Of a DNA stretch of 64,000 nt, positions 25,281 through 40,727 are shown piece after piece. Each line of letters begins with the position of its first letter. The first letter of the stretch is position 1. The position numbers and the translations under genes were made by a program. Source of the stretch: Eledone cirrhosa (taxonomy: Eukaryota); contig OZ024761.1 of assembly GCA_964016885.1 (NCBI GenBank), forward strand, positions 9,424,001 through 9,488,000, written 5' to 3'. The notes below the pieces were generated by a model that had not been told where the DNA came from, did not search any database, and saw only the letters and a list, made by a program, of their open reading frames with translations.

Positions 25281-26588
25281 AGGTCTTCAAAATGTTTATT
25301 ATAAACATACAGAATATTTTCGAATATTCTATGTCTATATTCACATATATATCGCTATTTCAGAGCATTTATTCCAATTTCTAATTTCTGCCGGACCGGC
25401 AACCGCTCTTTCAAACCAGTTCCTGTACACAGCTAAGTATTCTATAAGTCTCTAGCTGTGTCATTCTCGATAAAAGCACTGGATATGTAGTCCTGATGAT
25501 TTCTAACAAGAATGAAACGCGTAGATTACTTCCCTTGCTTTTATCGAGAATATAATTGTAATACGTGACGTATTCTATTCTATAGCGATTAGGTCTTCAA
25601 AATGTTTATTATAAACATACAGAATATTTTCGAATATTCTATGTCTATATTCACATATATATCGCTATTTCAGAGCATTTATTCCAATTTCTAATTTCTG
25701 CCGGACCGGCAACCGCTCTTTCAAACCAGTTCCTGTACACAGCTAAGTATTCTATAAGTCTCTAGCTGTGTCATTCTCGATAAAAGCACTGGATATGTAG
25801 TCCTGATGATTTCTAACAAGAATGAAACGCGTAGATTACTTCCCTTGCTTTTATCGAGAATATAATTGTAATACGTGACGTATTCTATTCTATAGCGATT
25901 AGGTCTTCAAAATGTTTATTATAAACATACAGAATATTTTCGAATATTCTATGTCTATATTCACATATATATCGCTATTTCAGAGCATTTATTCCAATTT
26001 CTAATTTCTGCCGGACCGGCAACCGCTCTTTCAAACCAGTTCCTGTACACAGCTAAGTATTCTATAAGTCTCTAGCTGTGTCATTCTCGATAAAAGCACT
26101 GGATATGTAGTCCTGATGATTTCTAACAAGAATGAAACGCGTAGATTACTTCCCTTGCTTTTATCGAGAATATAATTGTAATACGTGACGTATTCTATTC
26201 TATAGCGATTAGGTCTTCAAAATGTTTATTATAAACATACAGAATATTTTCGAATATTCTATGTCTATATTCACATATATATCGCTATTTCAGAGCATTT
26301 ATTCCAATTTCTAATTTCTGCCGGACCGGCAACCGCTCTTTCAAACCAGTTCCTGTACACAGCTAAGTATTCTATAAGTCTCTAGCTGTGTCATTCTCGA
26401 TAAAAGCACTGGATATGTAGTCCTGATGATTTCTAACAAGAATGAAACGCGTAGATTACTTCCCTTGCTTTTATCGAGAATATAATTGTAATACGTGACG
26501 TATTCTATTCTATAGCGATTAGGTCTTCAAAATGTTTATTATAAACATACAGAATATTTTCGAATATTCTATGTCTATATTCACATAT
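25281..26588 (+). repeat. Tandem of 4.2 x 310-bp hammerhead-containing units (retrozyme-like)
   Basis: AGGTCTTCAAAATG starts at 25281, 25591, 25901, 26211, 26521; units look identical; flanked by (TA)n. Confidence 0.95.
25487..25529 (+). ncRNA. Minimal type I hammerhead ribozyme (repeated at 25797-25839, 26107-26149, 26417-26459)
   Basis: GTAGTC-CTGATGA-t-TTCT aaca AGAA-t-GAAA-CGCG-TA-GATTAC; predicted GUA cleavage after 25523. Confidence 0.92.
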
Positions 26589-26688
26589 GTAAATATATAT
26601 ATATATGTAAATATATATATATAATTATGTATATATATATATATATATGAATGTATATATATATATGTATGTATATATATATATATGA

Positions 26689-26722
<34 letters not shown>

Positions 26723-26929
26723 AAAAATGAAACGAAATTTTAGTGAAGTTTTAAATCAAAATATATGATATGTTGATTTAAAACTTCACTATTCACAAGT
26801 GTTTTTTAAGCTTCATATCATGTCTCCCTATTTCATCTAATGAGAACGCAGATATCATCCCATGATGATATTTGTTTTTGAAATGCGCATTATGAAATAC
26901 TTGGAACTCTTTTAACCATCTTTTGATCT

Positions 26930-26965
<36 letters not shown>

Positions 26966-27008
26966 GAAAGGTATAGAAAACATTGTAGCGAAAAGCCAAT
27001 AGTATTCC

Positions 27009-27071
<63 letters not shown>

Positions 27072-27240
27072 AGATCAAAAGATTGTTAAGAGAGTTCCAA
27101 GTATTTTATTATGCGCATTTCAAAATATATCCCCCACCACCACCCCACTCTCAAGAGCGTGAAACTAATAAACATTTGTTCGTACTGCCTCTCTGTTTTG
27201 TTCCCGTTCAATTTTTCACTATATATATATATATATATAA

Positions 27241-27344
<104 letters not shown>

Positions 27345-27345
27345 C

Positions 27346-27401
<56 letters not shown>

Positions 27402-27450
27402 TTGCAAGGGTTTTTATATGAAATCGTGTGTCGAAACAAATATAGTTATA

Positions 27451-27858
27451 CTTGGGGAGGGTCATATTGTTGTAATAATATTGCCAGAATTAATAACTGA
27501 ACTCTCTCACTGTTTGGATCGTTTTCGCTTCTGTATCTTTTATATCAGTTAATTCATTCGGTCCTCAATGTTTACCATTGACTGACCAACGGTCAAAAAT
27601 ACAGATATAATATAGACGCAAACACATATATATAGTCTTACAAAGTTCTTTCGTTGCACATCTGTAACATCATATATATGTGTTTATATCTATATTATAT
27701 CTGTATTTTTGACTGTTGGTCAGACAATGATAAACATTGAGGACCAAATGAATTAACTGTGGAGATATAAAAGATAGAGAAGCGAAAACCAACCAAACAT
27801 TGAGTGTGTTCTGTTATTATTTCTGGCAATATTATTACAACAATATGACACTCCCCAA
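27451..27858. repeat. Diverged inverted repeat (~160-bp arms) between TA tracts
   Basis: 27451-27610 inverse of 27695-27858 (GTCATATTGTTGTAATAATATTGCCAGAA). Confidence 0.75.
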
Positions 27859-27871
27859 ATACAACACTATA

Positions 27872-27955
<84 letters not shown>

Positions 27956-28469
27956 AACACGCAGATACATGCGGACACATACATATACATGAATATATCC
28001 ACATATATCCCTGAGTTAGTGGTACCAACCTCAACCGATGTTGCTCTATGAATATCTGGGATAAACCAATCCGAATGGATTAGATTGATTCAGTACCAGA
28101 GCTATATAATACATTATGAAGAGAGAAGAAACATTAGATATAATTAATAATAAGATATATCATACCCAAACTGCGTCTTTAGTCCCCGACTACGTAGTTT
28201 CGTGGCATATTATGCAAAAACACTACATCATGGATATAAAATTTTTGTGAGGTCTGCCGACTCATTAAGAGGATGCCTCATTAAGGGTTTCAAAACACTT
28301 CTGTAAGATGCGGGATAGAATCCCGAAAAGGCGGAGGGGGAGTCAATCACGTGATACAGCGGTCAAGAAACAGAGCTAAGCCTCTTATAACCCTGAAAAA
28401 AATACCAGCATAACTCGGATATTGCGTTTCGCTTTGTTTTCGACCACAGCCGAAATCCGAATCTCGCTG

Positions 28470-28542
<73 letters not shown>

Positions 28543-28543
28543 T

Positions 28544-28690
28544 TATTTATTAAAATAACAGATTAAAGTTTAAGTAAAGAATCACTGCTTTCGCCCTTAA
28601 CGGCATCTTCTGAAACTTCTTCAGAAGATCCCGTTAAGGGTGAAAGAAGCGATTCTTTCCTTAAACTTTAATCTGTTATTTTAATAAATA
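28544..28690. mobile_element. Fold-back element with HHR-like motif (CAGAAGA core)
   Basis: Axis ~28616; CAGAAGA-tcccgttaagggt-GAAA-GAA gcga TTC-TT. Confidence 0.55.
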
Positions 28691-28774
28691 TTTGCTCTAC
28701 GGTTCATAAATATTTGATATATATTTATCCTTATCGAGCCCTCTTTGGATTTTAGTCTTCAAATTTATTATTAT

Positions 28775-28807
<33 letters not shown>

Positions 28808-28812
<5 letters not shown>

Positions 28813-29950
28813 AATTTATATCTAGTAACATTTATATACACACAGATGCATATCAATGCTAGCAAATATATAGGTTTTGTCTTATTAACAATGTGGTTCA
28901 ATGCATGGGGTTGCAGAACAATAATATGAGAGACGTAAAATAAGAAAATTATAAAATTAACTTACTTACTAAAAAATCACTTCCAACTAATTAGTTTCTG
29001 GAATGGAGTAAATATATTTTCCGAAGAAACATATAGAAAATCATTCCGTCATCAGGAAAGTCTTTTTCCGTATAGGTCTCCAGGCATAGCGAGGACACTG
29101 GAAACTTATTAAAAAAAATAATTCAGTGGAATGGAAATAGCGAAGCGTGGACTGGATTCCAAGCCATTGAGAAAATCACTGCCTCTACGTCTGTGGCAAA
29201 TTCCAGTCCACGCTTCGCTATTTCCAATCCACTGAATTATTTTTTTTAATAAGTTTCCAGTGTCCTCGCTATGCCTGGAGACCTATACGGAAAAAGACTT
29301 TCCTGATGACGGAATGATTTTCAATATGTTTCTTCGGAAAATATATTTACTCCATTCCAGAAACTAATTAGTTGGAAGTGATTTTTTAGTAAGTAAGTTA
29401 ATTTTATAATTTTCTTATTTTACGTCTCTCATATTATTGTTCTGCAACCCCATGCATTGAACCACATTGTTAATAAGACAAAACCCATATATTTGCTAGC
29501 ATTGATATGCATCTGTGTGTATATAAATGTTACTAGATATAAATTCCTTATAATTATCTCCAATTCATTTGTCGAGCAATATTTGGCCATGACTGCTACT
29601 ATGGTAGTAAGCTGGCCGCTGTCTTAATAACCACTCGCTTTCCACTGATTGACCTCGATGTCACGTGATTGATTCTTTTTGAATTTGCCACAGACGTAGA
29701 GGCAGTGATTTTCTCAATGGCTTGGAATCCAGTCCACGCTTCGCTATTTCCATTCCACTGAATTATTTTTTTTAATAAGTTTCCAGTGTCCTCGCTATGC
29801 CTGGAGACCTATACGGAAAAAGACTTTCCTGATGACGGAATGATTTTCAATATGTTTCTTCGGAAAATATATTTACTCCATTCCAGAAACTAATTAGTTG
29901 GAAGTGATTTTTTAGTAAGTAAGTTAATTTAATAATTTTCTTATTTTACG

Positions 29951-29957
<7 letters not shown>
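28808..29957. mobile_element. Inverted plus tandem arrangement of a 526-bp HHR-bearing unit
   Basis: Arms 28808-29155 / 29202-29550; + HHRs CTGATGA at 29303 and 29829 (ACTTTC..GGAATG/CATTCC..GAAA-CTAATTAG-TT-GGAAGT); - HHR ~28979-29062. Confidence 0.85.
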
Positions 29958-30013
<56 letters not shown>

Positions 30014-30016
<3 letters not shown>

Positions 30017-30202
30017 CGGAAGAAATGTGGTAAGGAACCAGGTGGACCATAACGAACCAAAGTACTCAATACTTAGGGTAGTAGAGTGGGTAATAGGAAC
30101 GAGTAGGACCCCGACGGCTGAGCTCAAGCCGTTTCGACGGCTAATTCTGGTCCAGAATTAGCCGTCGAAACGGCTTGAGCTCAGCCGTCGGGGTCCTACT
30201 CG

Positions 30203-30206
<4 letters not shown>
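30014..30206. mobile_element. Repeat family A, palindromic copy
   Basis: Axis AATTCTGG-t-CCAGAATT. Confidence 0.88.
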
Positions 30207-30272
<66 letters not shown>

Positions 30273-30669
30273 TTCGTTGTGGAGTGTTCTTGATTTTGGC
30301 TTCCAGTGTGAGACAGCCAACAGCCAACAGCCTATGCCAAATGCCTAAACACCCAAACATCCAAAACATATTTCACAGCTTCACCACTTCACAGCTGAGA
30401 AGCAAAGCCAAACCACGTAGACTGGAAAGAGACACTTGTTCTATAAGACAAGCAAAATTATGAGATTAAATACATCGTTACATGAATGTTAATTATGCCC
30501 TTGTCACTATAGTTGTAAATCTTCTTTATTTATTTTTTTTTTTAGCATTTGTGTGCAGTACTTGGCTATGCACATTGACTGCAAATAAATCCTTCCTCGT
30601 GCATCGCTAACTTGTATTAATTTTGTTATCTTGTTATGTAAAAACGTTTCAAATTCCCTGTTGGATGTC

Positions 30670-31650
30670 ACATAGAGGAATACATACATATATATAAACA
30701 CCCACATGCATATATATAGAGGAATACATACATATATATAGAGGAATACATACATATATATAAACACACACATGGATATATATAGAAGAATAGATACATA
30801 TATATAAACACCCACATGAATATATATAGAGGAATACATACATATATATAATCACCCACATGGATATATATAGAAGAATATATACATATATATAAAAACC
30901 CACGTATATATATATATAGAAGAATAGATACATATATATATAAGCACATACATGTATATATATATAGAGGAATACATACACATATATAAACACCCACATG
31001 GATATATATAGAAGAATATATACATATAGATAAACACACACATGAATATATATATAGAAGAATACATACATATATATAAAAACCCACGTATATATATATA
31101 GAAGAATAGATACATATATATATAAGCACACACATGTATATATATATAAAGGAATACATACATATATATAAACACCCACATGAATATATATATAGAAGAA
31201 TACATACATATAGATAAACACACACATGTATATATATATATAGAAGAATAGATACATATATATATAAGCACACTCATGTATATATATATAAAGCAATACA
31301 TACATATATATAAACACCCACATGAATATATATATAGAAGAATACATACATATAGATAAACACACACATGTATATATATATATAGAAGAATAGATACATA
31401 TATATATAAGCACACTCATGTATATATATATAAAGGAATACATACATATATATAAACACCCACATGAATATATATATAGAAGAATACATACATATAGATA
31501 AACACACACATGTATATATATATATAGAAGAATAGATACATATATATATAAGCACACTCATGTATATATATATAGAGGAATACATACATATATATACATA
31601 CATACACATATATATAATATATATAGAGGAATACATACATACACATGTAT
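30670..31650. repeat. Microsatellite-derived ~40-bp minisatellite with ~120-bp higher-order unit
   Basis: AGAAGAATAGATAC / GGAATACATAC / AGAAGAATACATAC subunits alternate in threes. Confidence 0.75.
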
Positions 31651-31791
31651 ATAATATATAGACAGATGCCACGTTTACACACAATTACACACTCACAAAC
31701 TCACTAAACCAAACGCACACACTTACAACTAGACACTAAACCACACGCACACACACACTCGAAGATAGACGCACTGATATATATATATATA

Positions 31792-31859
<68 letters not shown>

Positions 31860-31865
31860 TATATA

Positions 31866-31896
<31 letters not shown>

Positions 31897-31897
31897 G

Positions 31898-32267
<370 letters not shown>

Positions 32268-32269
<2 letters not shown>

Positions 32270-32456
32270 AACGAGTAGGACCCCGACGGCTGAGCTCAAG
32301 CCGTTTCGACGGCTGGGCTCGTCCAGAATTAGCCGTCGAAACGGCTTAAGCTCAGCCGTCGGGGTCCTACTCGTTCCTATTACCCACTCTACTACCCTAA
32401 GTATTGAGTACTTTGGTGCGTTATGGTCCATCTGGTTCCTTACCACATTTCCTTCG

Positions 32457-32500
<44 letters not shown>

Positions 32501-32625
32501 CGGAGGAGGTGTGGTAAAGAACCAGATGGGAGCACCAAAGTACTCAATACTTAGGGTAGTAGAGTGGGTAATAGGAAAACGTTTAACCCCGACGGCAGAG
32601 CTCAAGCCGTTTCGACGCTTAAACG
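32268..32625. mobile_element. Two adjacent family A copies
   Basis: Palindromic copy 32268-32459 and second copy 32498-32625 separated by (TA)n. Confidence 0.82.
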
Positions 32626-32631
32626 TTTGCC

Positions 32632-32662
<31 letters not shown>

Positions 32663-32709
32663 AGAAACTGAGAGATTGGAAGTGAGAAAGTGACATGGAG
32701 GAAGAGTTG

Positions 32710-33150
32710 TCCCTAGTATTTGACTGGTACATTTTGACTGGACCTTAAAAGGATGAAAGACAGAGTTGACCTTAGCAGGATTGAATACAGAAGATTCCTC
32801 CCTGAGAAAGATAAAAAGTGAGAAAGAGATAGTTGAGGAAGAGTGGCCCCTAGTATTTCACTGGTACATTTTTATCGACCTAGAATTGATGAAAGACAAA
32901 GTTGACGTCAGTAGGACTGAATACAGGAGATTTCTTCCAGAGAAGGATTGAGCAAGTGAGAGAATGAAAGTGAGAAAGAGATATTGAGGCATCGACCCAA
33001 GTATTTCACTGGTATTTTTTGTTATCGGACTTGAAATAGATGAAGACAGAGTTAAGATCAGTCGGATTTGAATTCAGTGAGATCAGAGAACTGGAACTAA
33101 TACCATATTTATTTATTTCATCCGACGTTCTAAGGACTCTGTCAAATGGC
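32710..33150 (-). mobile_element. Three tandem degenerate SINE-core fragments
   Basis: CTGGTAC...GAC...GATGAAAGACAGAGTTGAC x3 is the reverse complement of the SINE core. Confidence 0.6.
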
Positions 33151-33366
33151 CGTCTCTTGAGTAAATACCAGCTGGTTTATGTTGGGTCCTTAAACTAGCA
33201 TCTTCAACATATTAATGGCCTTTAATGTCCCTTTAAATATTTCGTCAGAAGATTTTTTAATAATCTTCCAATATTTATGTAGTCCCAGATTTCTAAATTA
33301 ATTCGTTTCTTTCCCACTCAATAATCTCCCTTGGTGACCATCTCTAGTAAAATATGTCATCTACTG

Positions 33367-33795
33367 AACAACAACAACAACAACAACAACTACAACAACA
33401 ACAACAATAACAACTACAACAACAACTACAACAACAACTACAACAACAACAGTAACAACAACAACTACAACAACAACAACTACAATAACAACACCAACTA
33501 CAACAATTACAATAACAATGACTACAACAACAACTACAACAACAACTACAACAACAACTACAACAACAACAGTAACAACAACAACTACAACAACAACAAC
33601 TACAATAACAACACCAACTACAACAATTACAATAACAATGACTACAACAACAACTACAACATCAACATCAATAACAACTAACGTTAAGAAATAACTAAAA
33701 AAAGCAACAACATAAAATAATAATAAAACGAAAATAAAGAAGAAAAAGAAGAAAAAGAAGGAGAAAAAGAAGAAAGAGAAAAAGTCAAAGAAGAT

Positions 33796-33826
<31 letters not shown>

Positions 33827-34058
33827 AAGAAGAAGAAGAAGAAGAAGAAAAGAAGAAGATGAAGAAGAAGGAAAAGAAAAAAGAGAAGAAGGCAAAGAAA
33901 AAAGAGAAGAAGAAAAAGAAGACAAGAAGAAGAAGAAAAAGAAGAAAAAGCAGAACAAAGAAGAAAAGAAGAAAAAGAAGAACAAAGAAGAAGGAAAAGA
34001 AGATTAAGACAAAAAGAAGAAGAAGAAGAAGAAGAAGAAGAAGAAGAAGAAGAAGAAA
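33367..34058. repeat. (AAC)n tract with internal 120-bp duplication followed by (GAA)n
   Basis: Lines 33421-33540 repeated at 33541-33660; poly-N/K/R ORFs are artefacts. Confidence 0.9.
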
Positions 34059-34644
34059 ACAAACAGTGAAATCAAATCAAATATGATCGATACGTTATAA
34101 ATTTGTTTGTTTTGTTTTGAACCATAAACTAATATCGATTACTGCAGTGGGGTGGGTGGGGGGACATGGAATAGAAGTTAAAGAATAAATAAATAAATAA
34201 AAAATACGGGGGTTGACGGAAGTGGGGGTAGGAGTGGGGTGATAGTGGAGTGTGAGGCGTGGTGGTGGTTGGAGGGATGAAATGGGTGGTGGTGGGAGGG
34301 ATGAGATGGGTGGTGGGATGGTGATGCTGGGTAAGATGAGAGGGGTGGTGGGGGCATAGTGACGGTGGGGCAGATGAGACGAGTGGTGGGGTGGATGATA
34401 GGGGTGATGGAGGAGGAGGCGGGGTGCTGGGGAGGATGAGATGGATTGGTGGTGGGGGTGAGGAGGTTGAGAGGGGATGGGGGAGGATTAGACGGGTTGG
34501 CGGTGGGGGTGGGAGGATTAGACGGGGTAGTTAGAGAATGGGAGACAGATAGAGAGGGAGAGAGGCGAGCGAAATTCAGAGAGAGTGAGAGGGAGAGAGA
34601 GAGATACAGAAAGAGAGACGGAGAGAGAGTGAGAAGGAGAATGA

Positions 34645-34696
<52 letters not shown>

Positions 34697-34962
34697 AAGA
34701 GACAGAGACAGAGAGAGATGGAGAGACAGAGAGAGTAAAAATACGTTTCTTTAAATTAATCCCGAAAGATGAAAGTCAAATGAAGCCAACGCGAGTAATC
34801 ACCCTTTGGTGGATACTTCTGATTATCTCAATACCAACAAGTAATTGACTGGGTCAGAAACTGGAGGCATAGGTTTATAATTAATAACTATATATATATA
34901 TAATAATAATAACATGTGGAGAGGAAGCACACGAGTTAGGATATATATACACACATATATAT

Positions 34963-35008
<46 letters not shown>

Positions 35009-35077
35009 ACAGGGAGAAAGAGACGATTATTAGGGAGAAAAATATATTTTTTTCCTTTTTTGTTTCTCTCTCTTTTC

Positions 35078-35663
35078 CAACGTGCCCTAAAATTAGACAT
35101 CCAGGAACTCAGACACCCCAAACCCAGGAATGAACCGCAACAAAAAACTCTACCATACATCTCCACACACAACCCCCTCAACAATGAGGCATTCGATACC
35201 ATCCTCCAGAACATTCCTTTACTAAAAAGAGTCCCAAGAATGAACAAAATCCTCCAAACACACAACATCATAAAGAGCAAAAGACAACCAAAATCAATAA
35301 AAAACATCCTCACACAAGCGAAAATCCAACAAACCTTCACAATGAACCCTACAGTAACAAAATGCGGAAGGCCCAACTGTGGCATATGCATAAATCTAAT
35401 AGAAGGTTCAACATTCCATTTTAAACAAGGACAGCGTTTCACAGTTAAACACAACTTTACATGTGCATCTGAAAACCTAATCTATGTTTTTACCTGTTCA
35501 GGTTGTCAAGAACATTACATAGGATAGACAAAAAACACCTTCCGTCAACGTATGACCGTCTATAAATCACAAATTAAAATAGAGGAATACAGAAAGATTG
35601 CATTTAGTGAACATATCGCCAATTGTGCTCACAACCAACATCCAGACTTTAAAATTTCCCCCA
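35078..35663 (+). pseudogene. Penelope-like (Neptune-type) RT-linker/zinc finger/GIY-YIG fragment
   Basis: LPYISTHNP...KSKRQPKSIKNILT...KCGRPNCGIC...FTCASENLIYVFTCSGCQEHYIG*TKNTFRQRM; premature stop after YIG. Confidence 0.85.
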
Positions 35664-35719
35664 GTATTTTTATGCATTATCAAATGATAGTGAAATGTAT
35701 TAGTGTGGTGTCACACATG

Positions 35720-36230
35720 TGAAAAAAATCACGAGCACTCTATCTCAAAATTATTTTTCAAAAGCATTAGAAATGCGCAACCTGTAAAAACTTAAAACTA
35801 AAACTGTATACTAACTACTACTTATTACTAATTTATACTTATTCCTAATTAAACTATTTTTCGCCTAGAAAAAATTGTCAGCCTTTTTTCTTTTCCTTTT
35901 TACAAATATATCAAATATATCACAACTCGTGTGTCACACCTTTATTTTTTAATATATATATATACAGATATGTAGATAAATCTACTAAAATATACGGTAG
36001 TGTCCAATGCGTATGAAGAACTCAATGTAATCCAAATATCATGAAAAGAAAAGATGTATTCAAAAATGTTTTCGATGAAAATCACAGGAAAACAGTCAAG
36101 ATAAATTAATAAAAACAATGAATAAAAACAAAGAAACAGTTCTTTATATTAAAAAATTCATCATTTTACGATCGTTTCTAGGATATATATGTGTGTGTTG
36201 GTATGTATATCATATAGATCTATGTAAAAT
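35720..36230. mobile_element. Family D (+) joined tail-to-tail to family C (-)
   Basis: Homology to 20640-20825 and inverted homology to 20280-20600. Confidence 0.7.
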
Positions 36231-36729
36231 ATATATATATATATATATATATACATCAACGCTTACATGGTCCTCTCAAAATTCGTTGGATTTTCTAATT
36301 GGATTTTCACCCTGAAACTGAATACCAACCCGGAGTACACCTGGACTTCCACCAGGAAATCTTTCGTATCATTGAAATGTTCTTTGCTTCTTATATATAT
36401 ATATATATAATTTGTGTATCTCTCTGAGCATGTGTATGATATACACATACATATTTCTCCATATTTGTATATAACGTGTATGTGTATTGATATGTACGCC
36501 TGTGTAAATGTGTCCGTGCACACACATATATATAGAGGTGTATATATGCAATATCATTGCGCCCGTAGGCGGTATGACGGGTGAGCATTCGATCCCAGTG
36601 CTTTTGATTCCAGAGTAGCGCCAGATCGATACAGATCGAACCTTGAGCTGATGAACAGCGAAACACGCGTCACCAACCAATAATCGTAATGAAGGAGCAA
36701 CCACTTGTCCTTGTATTATTATATTACAC

Positions 36730-36916
36730 AGGGGGGTGGATTGGCAGTATCGGTAGAGGGTCGGACGCCATGCTTTCCAGCATAGTTACGTCCCTTTACG
36801 GTCCGAGTTCAAATCCCGCCGAGGTTGACTTTGCCTTTCATCCTTACGGAGTCGATAAAATAAAGTACCAGTAATGTACTGGGTAATTGCTGGCCTTGTG
36901 CCTAAACGTAGAAACA
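36730..36916 (+). mobile_element. Full-length tRNA-derived SINE with 15-bp TSD
   Basis: ATTATTATATTACAC at 36715-36729 and 36917-36931; A/B boxes. Confidence 0.9.
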
Positions 36917-37464
36917 ATTATTATATTACACTCTGTCTAGCTCTACACCTCGATACTAACGTGAACCTAAACGTCGAGTGCTTACCTGGGTAAACCTACT
37001 GTAACTCCGTGTTATACTCCCTTTTTAACAACACCAACAACAATAATCAAATAAACAACAACAACAACAATGACGAGAACCAAAAAAAAAAAAATTAAAG
37101 CAAACAAACAAAACTATTTTTCTTCTATTCTTTTTGTTATTTCTGTTCGATACAATAAAATAAAAATAAAAATATTTAACGAAATTCACTGAAACTATTT
37201 CTTAAAATCAAATTCTTAGCTTAGACTATAATTGATCATCTTTACCATTTGTCATCGTCTGAAGAGATTTATAAAGATTCTAATTAATCGAATGTGGTGA
37301 CAAGATTGATGACAAATCCAGCGTTGTGTAAAACCTTAACGATTCTAGTTGTGACAGCTCAGCTCACTTGGTATAAACGTAGGAATTACTTCATCAGTGA
37401 TTAGAACAATGCAAACTACGACATCATGAAGATGTGTGTATATATATGTATATATGTGTGTATA

Positions 37465-37513
<49 letters not shown>

Positions 37514-37775
37514 GTATATATATCAAAATATATATATATATGTGTATATATATGTATATATATATATGTATATACATATATGTATATATATATATGTATA
37601 TATATATATGTATTGTATATATATATGTATATATGTATATATATATATGTATATATATATGTATATATATATATGTATATATATGTATATATATATGTAT
37701 ATATGTGTATATATATATGTATATATGTGTATATATATATGTATATATGTATATATATATATATATGTATATATG

Positions 37776-37806
<31 letters not shown>

Positions 37807-37807
37807 G

Positions 37808-37845
<38 letters not shown>

Positions 37846-37913
37846 TGTATATATATGTATATATATGTATATATATATATATATATGTATATATATGCAT
37901 ATATATGTATATA

Positions 37914-37957
<44 letters not shown>

Positions 37958-37991
37958 GATGTATATATATATATATATGTATATATGTATA

Positions 37992-38227
<236 letters not shown>

Positions 38228-38250
38228 TGTATGTTTGTGTATATATATAT

Positions 38251-38392
38251 AGGAAAAGAGTCAGGAGCCCGACGGCTGAGCTCCACCTGCCGTTTCGACA
38301 ACTGGATCTGAACGCGTTCAGATCCAACTGACGAAACGGCCGGAGCTCAGCCGTAGGGCTCCTGACTCTTTTCCTATTACCCACTCTACTAC
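38251..38392. mobile_element. Repeat family A (subfamily A2), palindromic copy
   Basis: Axis GGATCTGAACGCGTTCAGATCC. Confidence 0.8.
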
Positions 38393-38417
38393 TTGTTGTT
38401 GTTGGTGTTGTCGTTGG

Positions 38418-38448
<31 letters not shown>

Positions 38449-39331
38449 ATTGGTGTTGTTGTTGTTGTTGGTGGTATCGTTGTCGTTGTTGTTGTTGTTA
38501 TTGTTGGTGTTTTCGTTGGTGTTGTTGTTGTTCTTGTTGGTGTTGTTGTTGGTATTGTCGTTGTTATTAGTTTTAGTGTTGTCTTGTTATTCATGTTGTT
38601 GTTGTTGCTCAGATCATTGTGAGGTTGTTGTTGTAATCCTTGTTGTTGTCATTGTTAGTGTTGTTGTTGTTGTCATTGTTGGTATTATTTCTCTCGCCCC
38701 AGGAGAACATCGATCGATAAAATATTTGAGATCAAACATCTCCTGTCCTAACCATACAATCATTATTTTTTTCTTTTTCAAATAATACACCATGTACTAC
38801 ATTCATTATCCAATATATCTGTATTTAATAAGCTGCTGATATGATATGAGGAAGATTTGGCTGCTATTCTTTTCAGGAGTGTTACATTTACCACAAGTTC
38901 CTATCAAATACAAGCCTTTTGAGTACTATTGGGTGGTGAAACTTGTAAGCGTGTTGGTTGGAAGGAGTGTACCTCTGCTTCGTGAGTAGGATTTATATAT
39001 TACCCGGTTTAATACCACTTGTTAGCACTTGGGTACCAAGTCATTCAGATGTAGTCTCCAATCTAAGGGCAAATGTTTCCCTTCTATACAGTCGGCCCGG
39101 AGGTCCTGTCACCTTTGACCTAGCAGACGTATTCAACTTTATTTCAGCCGAGAACATCTCATCTTTTATTCAGACCTAACGTATCTGAATATATATATTT
39201 ATATATATATATATACTTTGATTTTTAATGCGATGAAATATCAATGAGGGTTGGCAAATCACTGACGAAGGACTATTTTTATCATATGTAACCCATGTGC
39301 AACCACGCAGTATTCTTCATTCTTCTCATGT

Positions 39332-39371
<40 letters not shown>

Positions 39372-39373
39372 GT

Positions 39374-39530
39374 ATAACACAGAAGGTGTGGTAAGATACG
39401 AGGTGGACCATAACGTACCAGAGTACTCAATACTTAGGGATAGCTAGGTTCCCGCCGTTCTATTACTGCTGGCTTAGTTCGGATCTAGATGTCGCAAGGG
39501 CCGGAGCTCAGCCGTCGGGACTCAACTCTT
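39374..39530. mobile_element. Degenerate family A copy
   Basis: GGACCATAACGTACCAGAGTACTCAATACTTAGG...GAGCTCAGCCGTCGGGA. Confidence 0.65.
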
Positions 39531-39549
39531 TATAACATATACGTATATA

Positions 39550-39658
<109 letters not shown>

Positions 39659-39659
39659 G

Positions 39660-40357
<698 letters not shown>

Positions 40358-40358
40358 G

Positions 40359-40507
<149 letters not shown>

Positions 40508-40508
40508 G

Positions 40509-40539
<31 letters not shown>

Positions 40540-40540
40540 C

Positions 40541-40727
40541 GCGAAGGAAGTGCGGTAAGGAACTAGGTGGACCATAACGCACCAGAGTACTCGATACTTA
40601 AGGTAGTAGAGTGGGTAATAAGAAAAAAGAGTCAGGACCCCGACGGCTGAGCTCCGGCCGTTTCAACAGCTAGTTCTGAACTAGCTGTCGAAACGGCCGG
40701 AGCTCAGCCGTCGGGAACCTGACTCTT

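Noticed and set aside
33331-34086. Poly-Asn and Lys/Arg-rich ORFs
   Set aside because: (AAC)n and (GAA)n microsatellites
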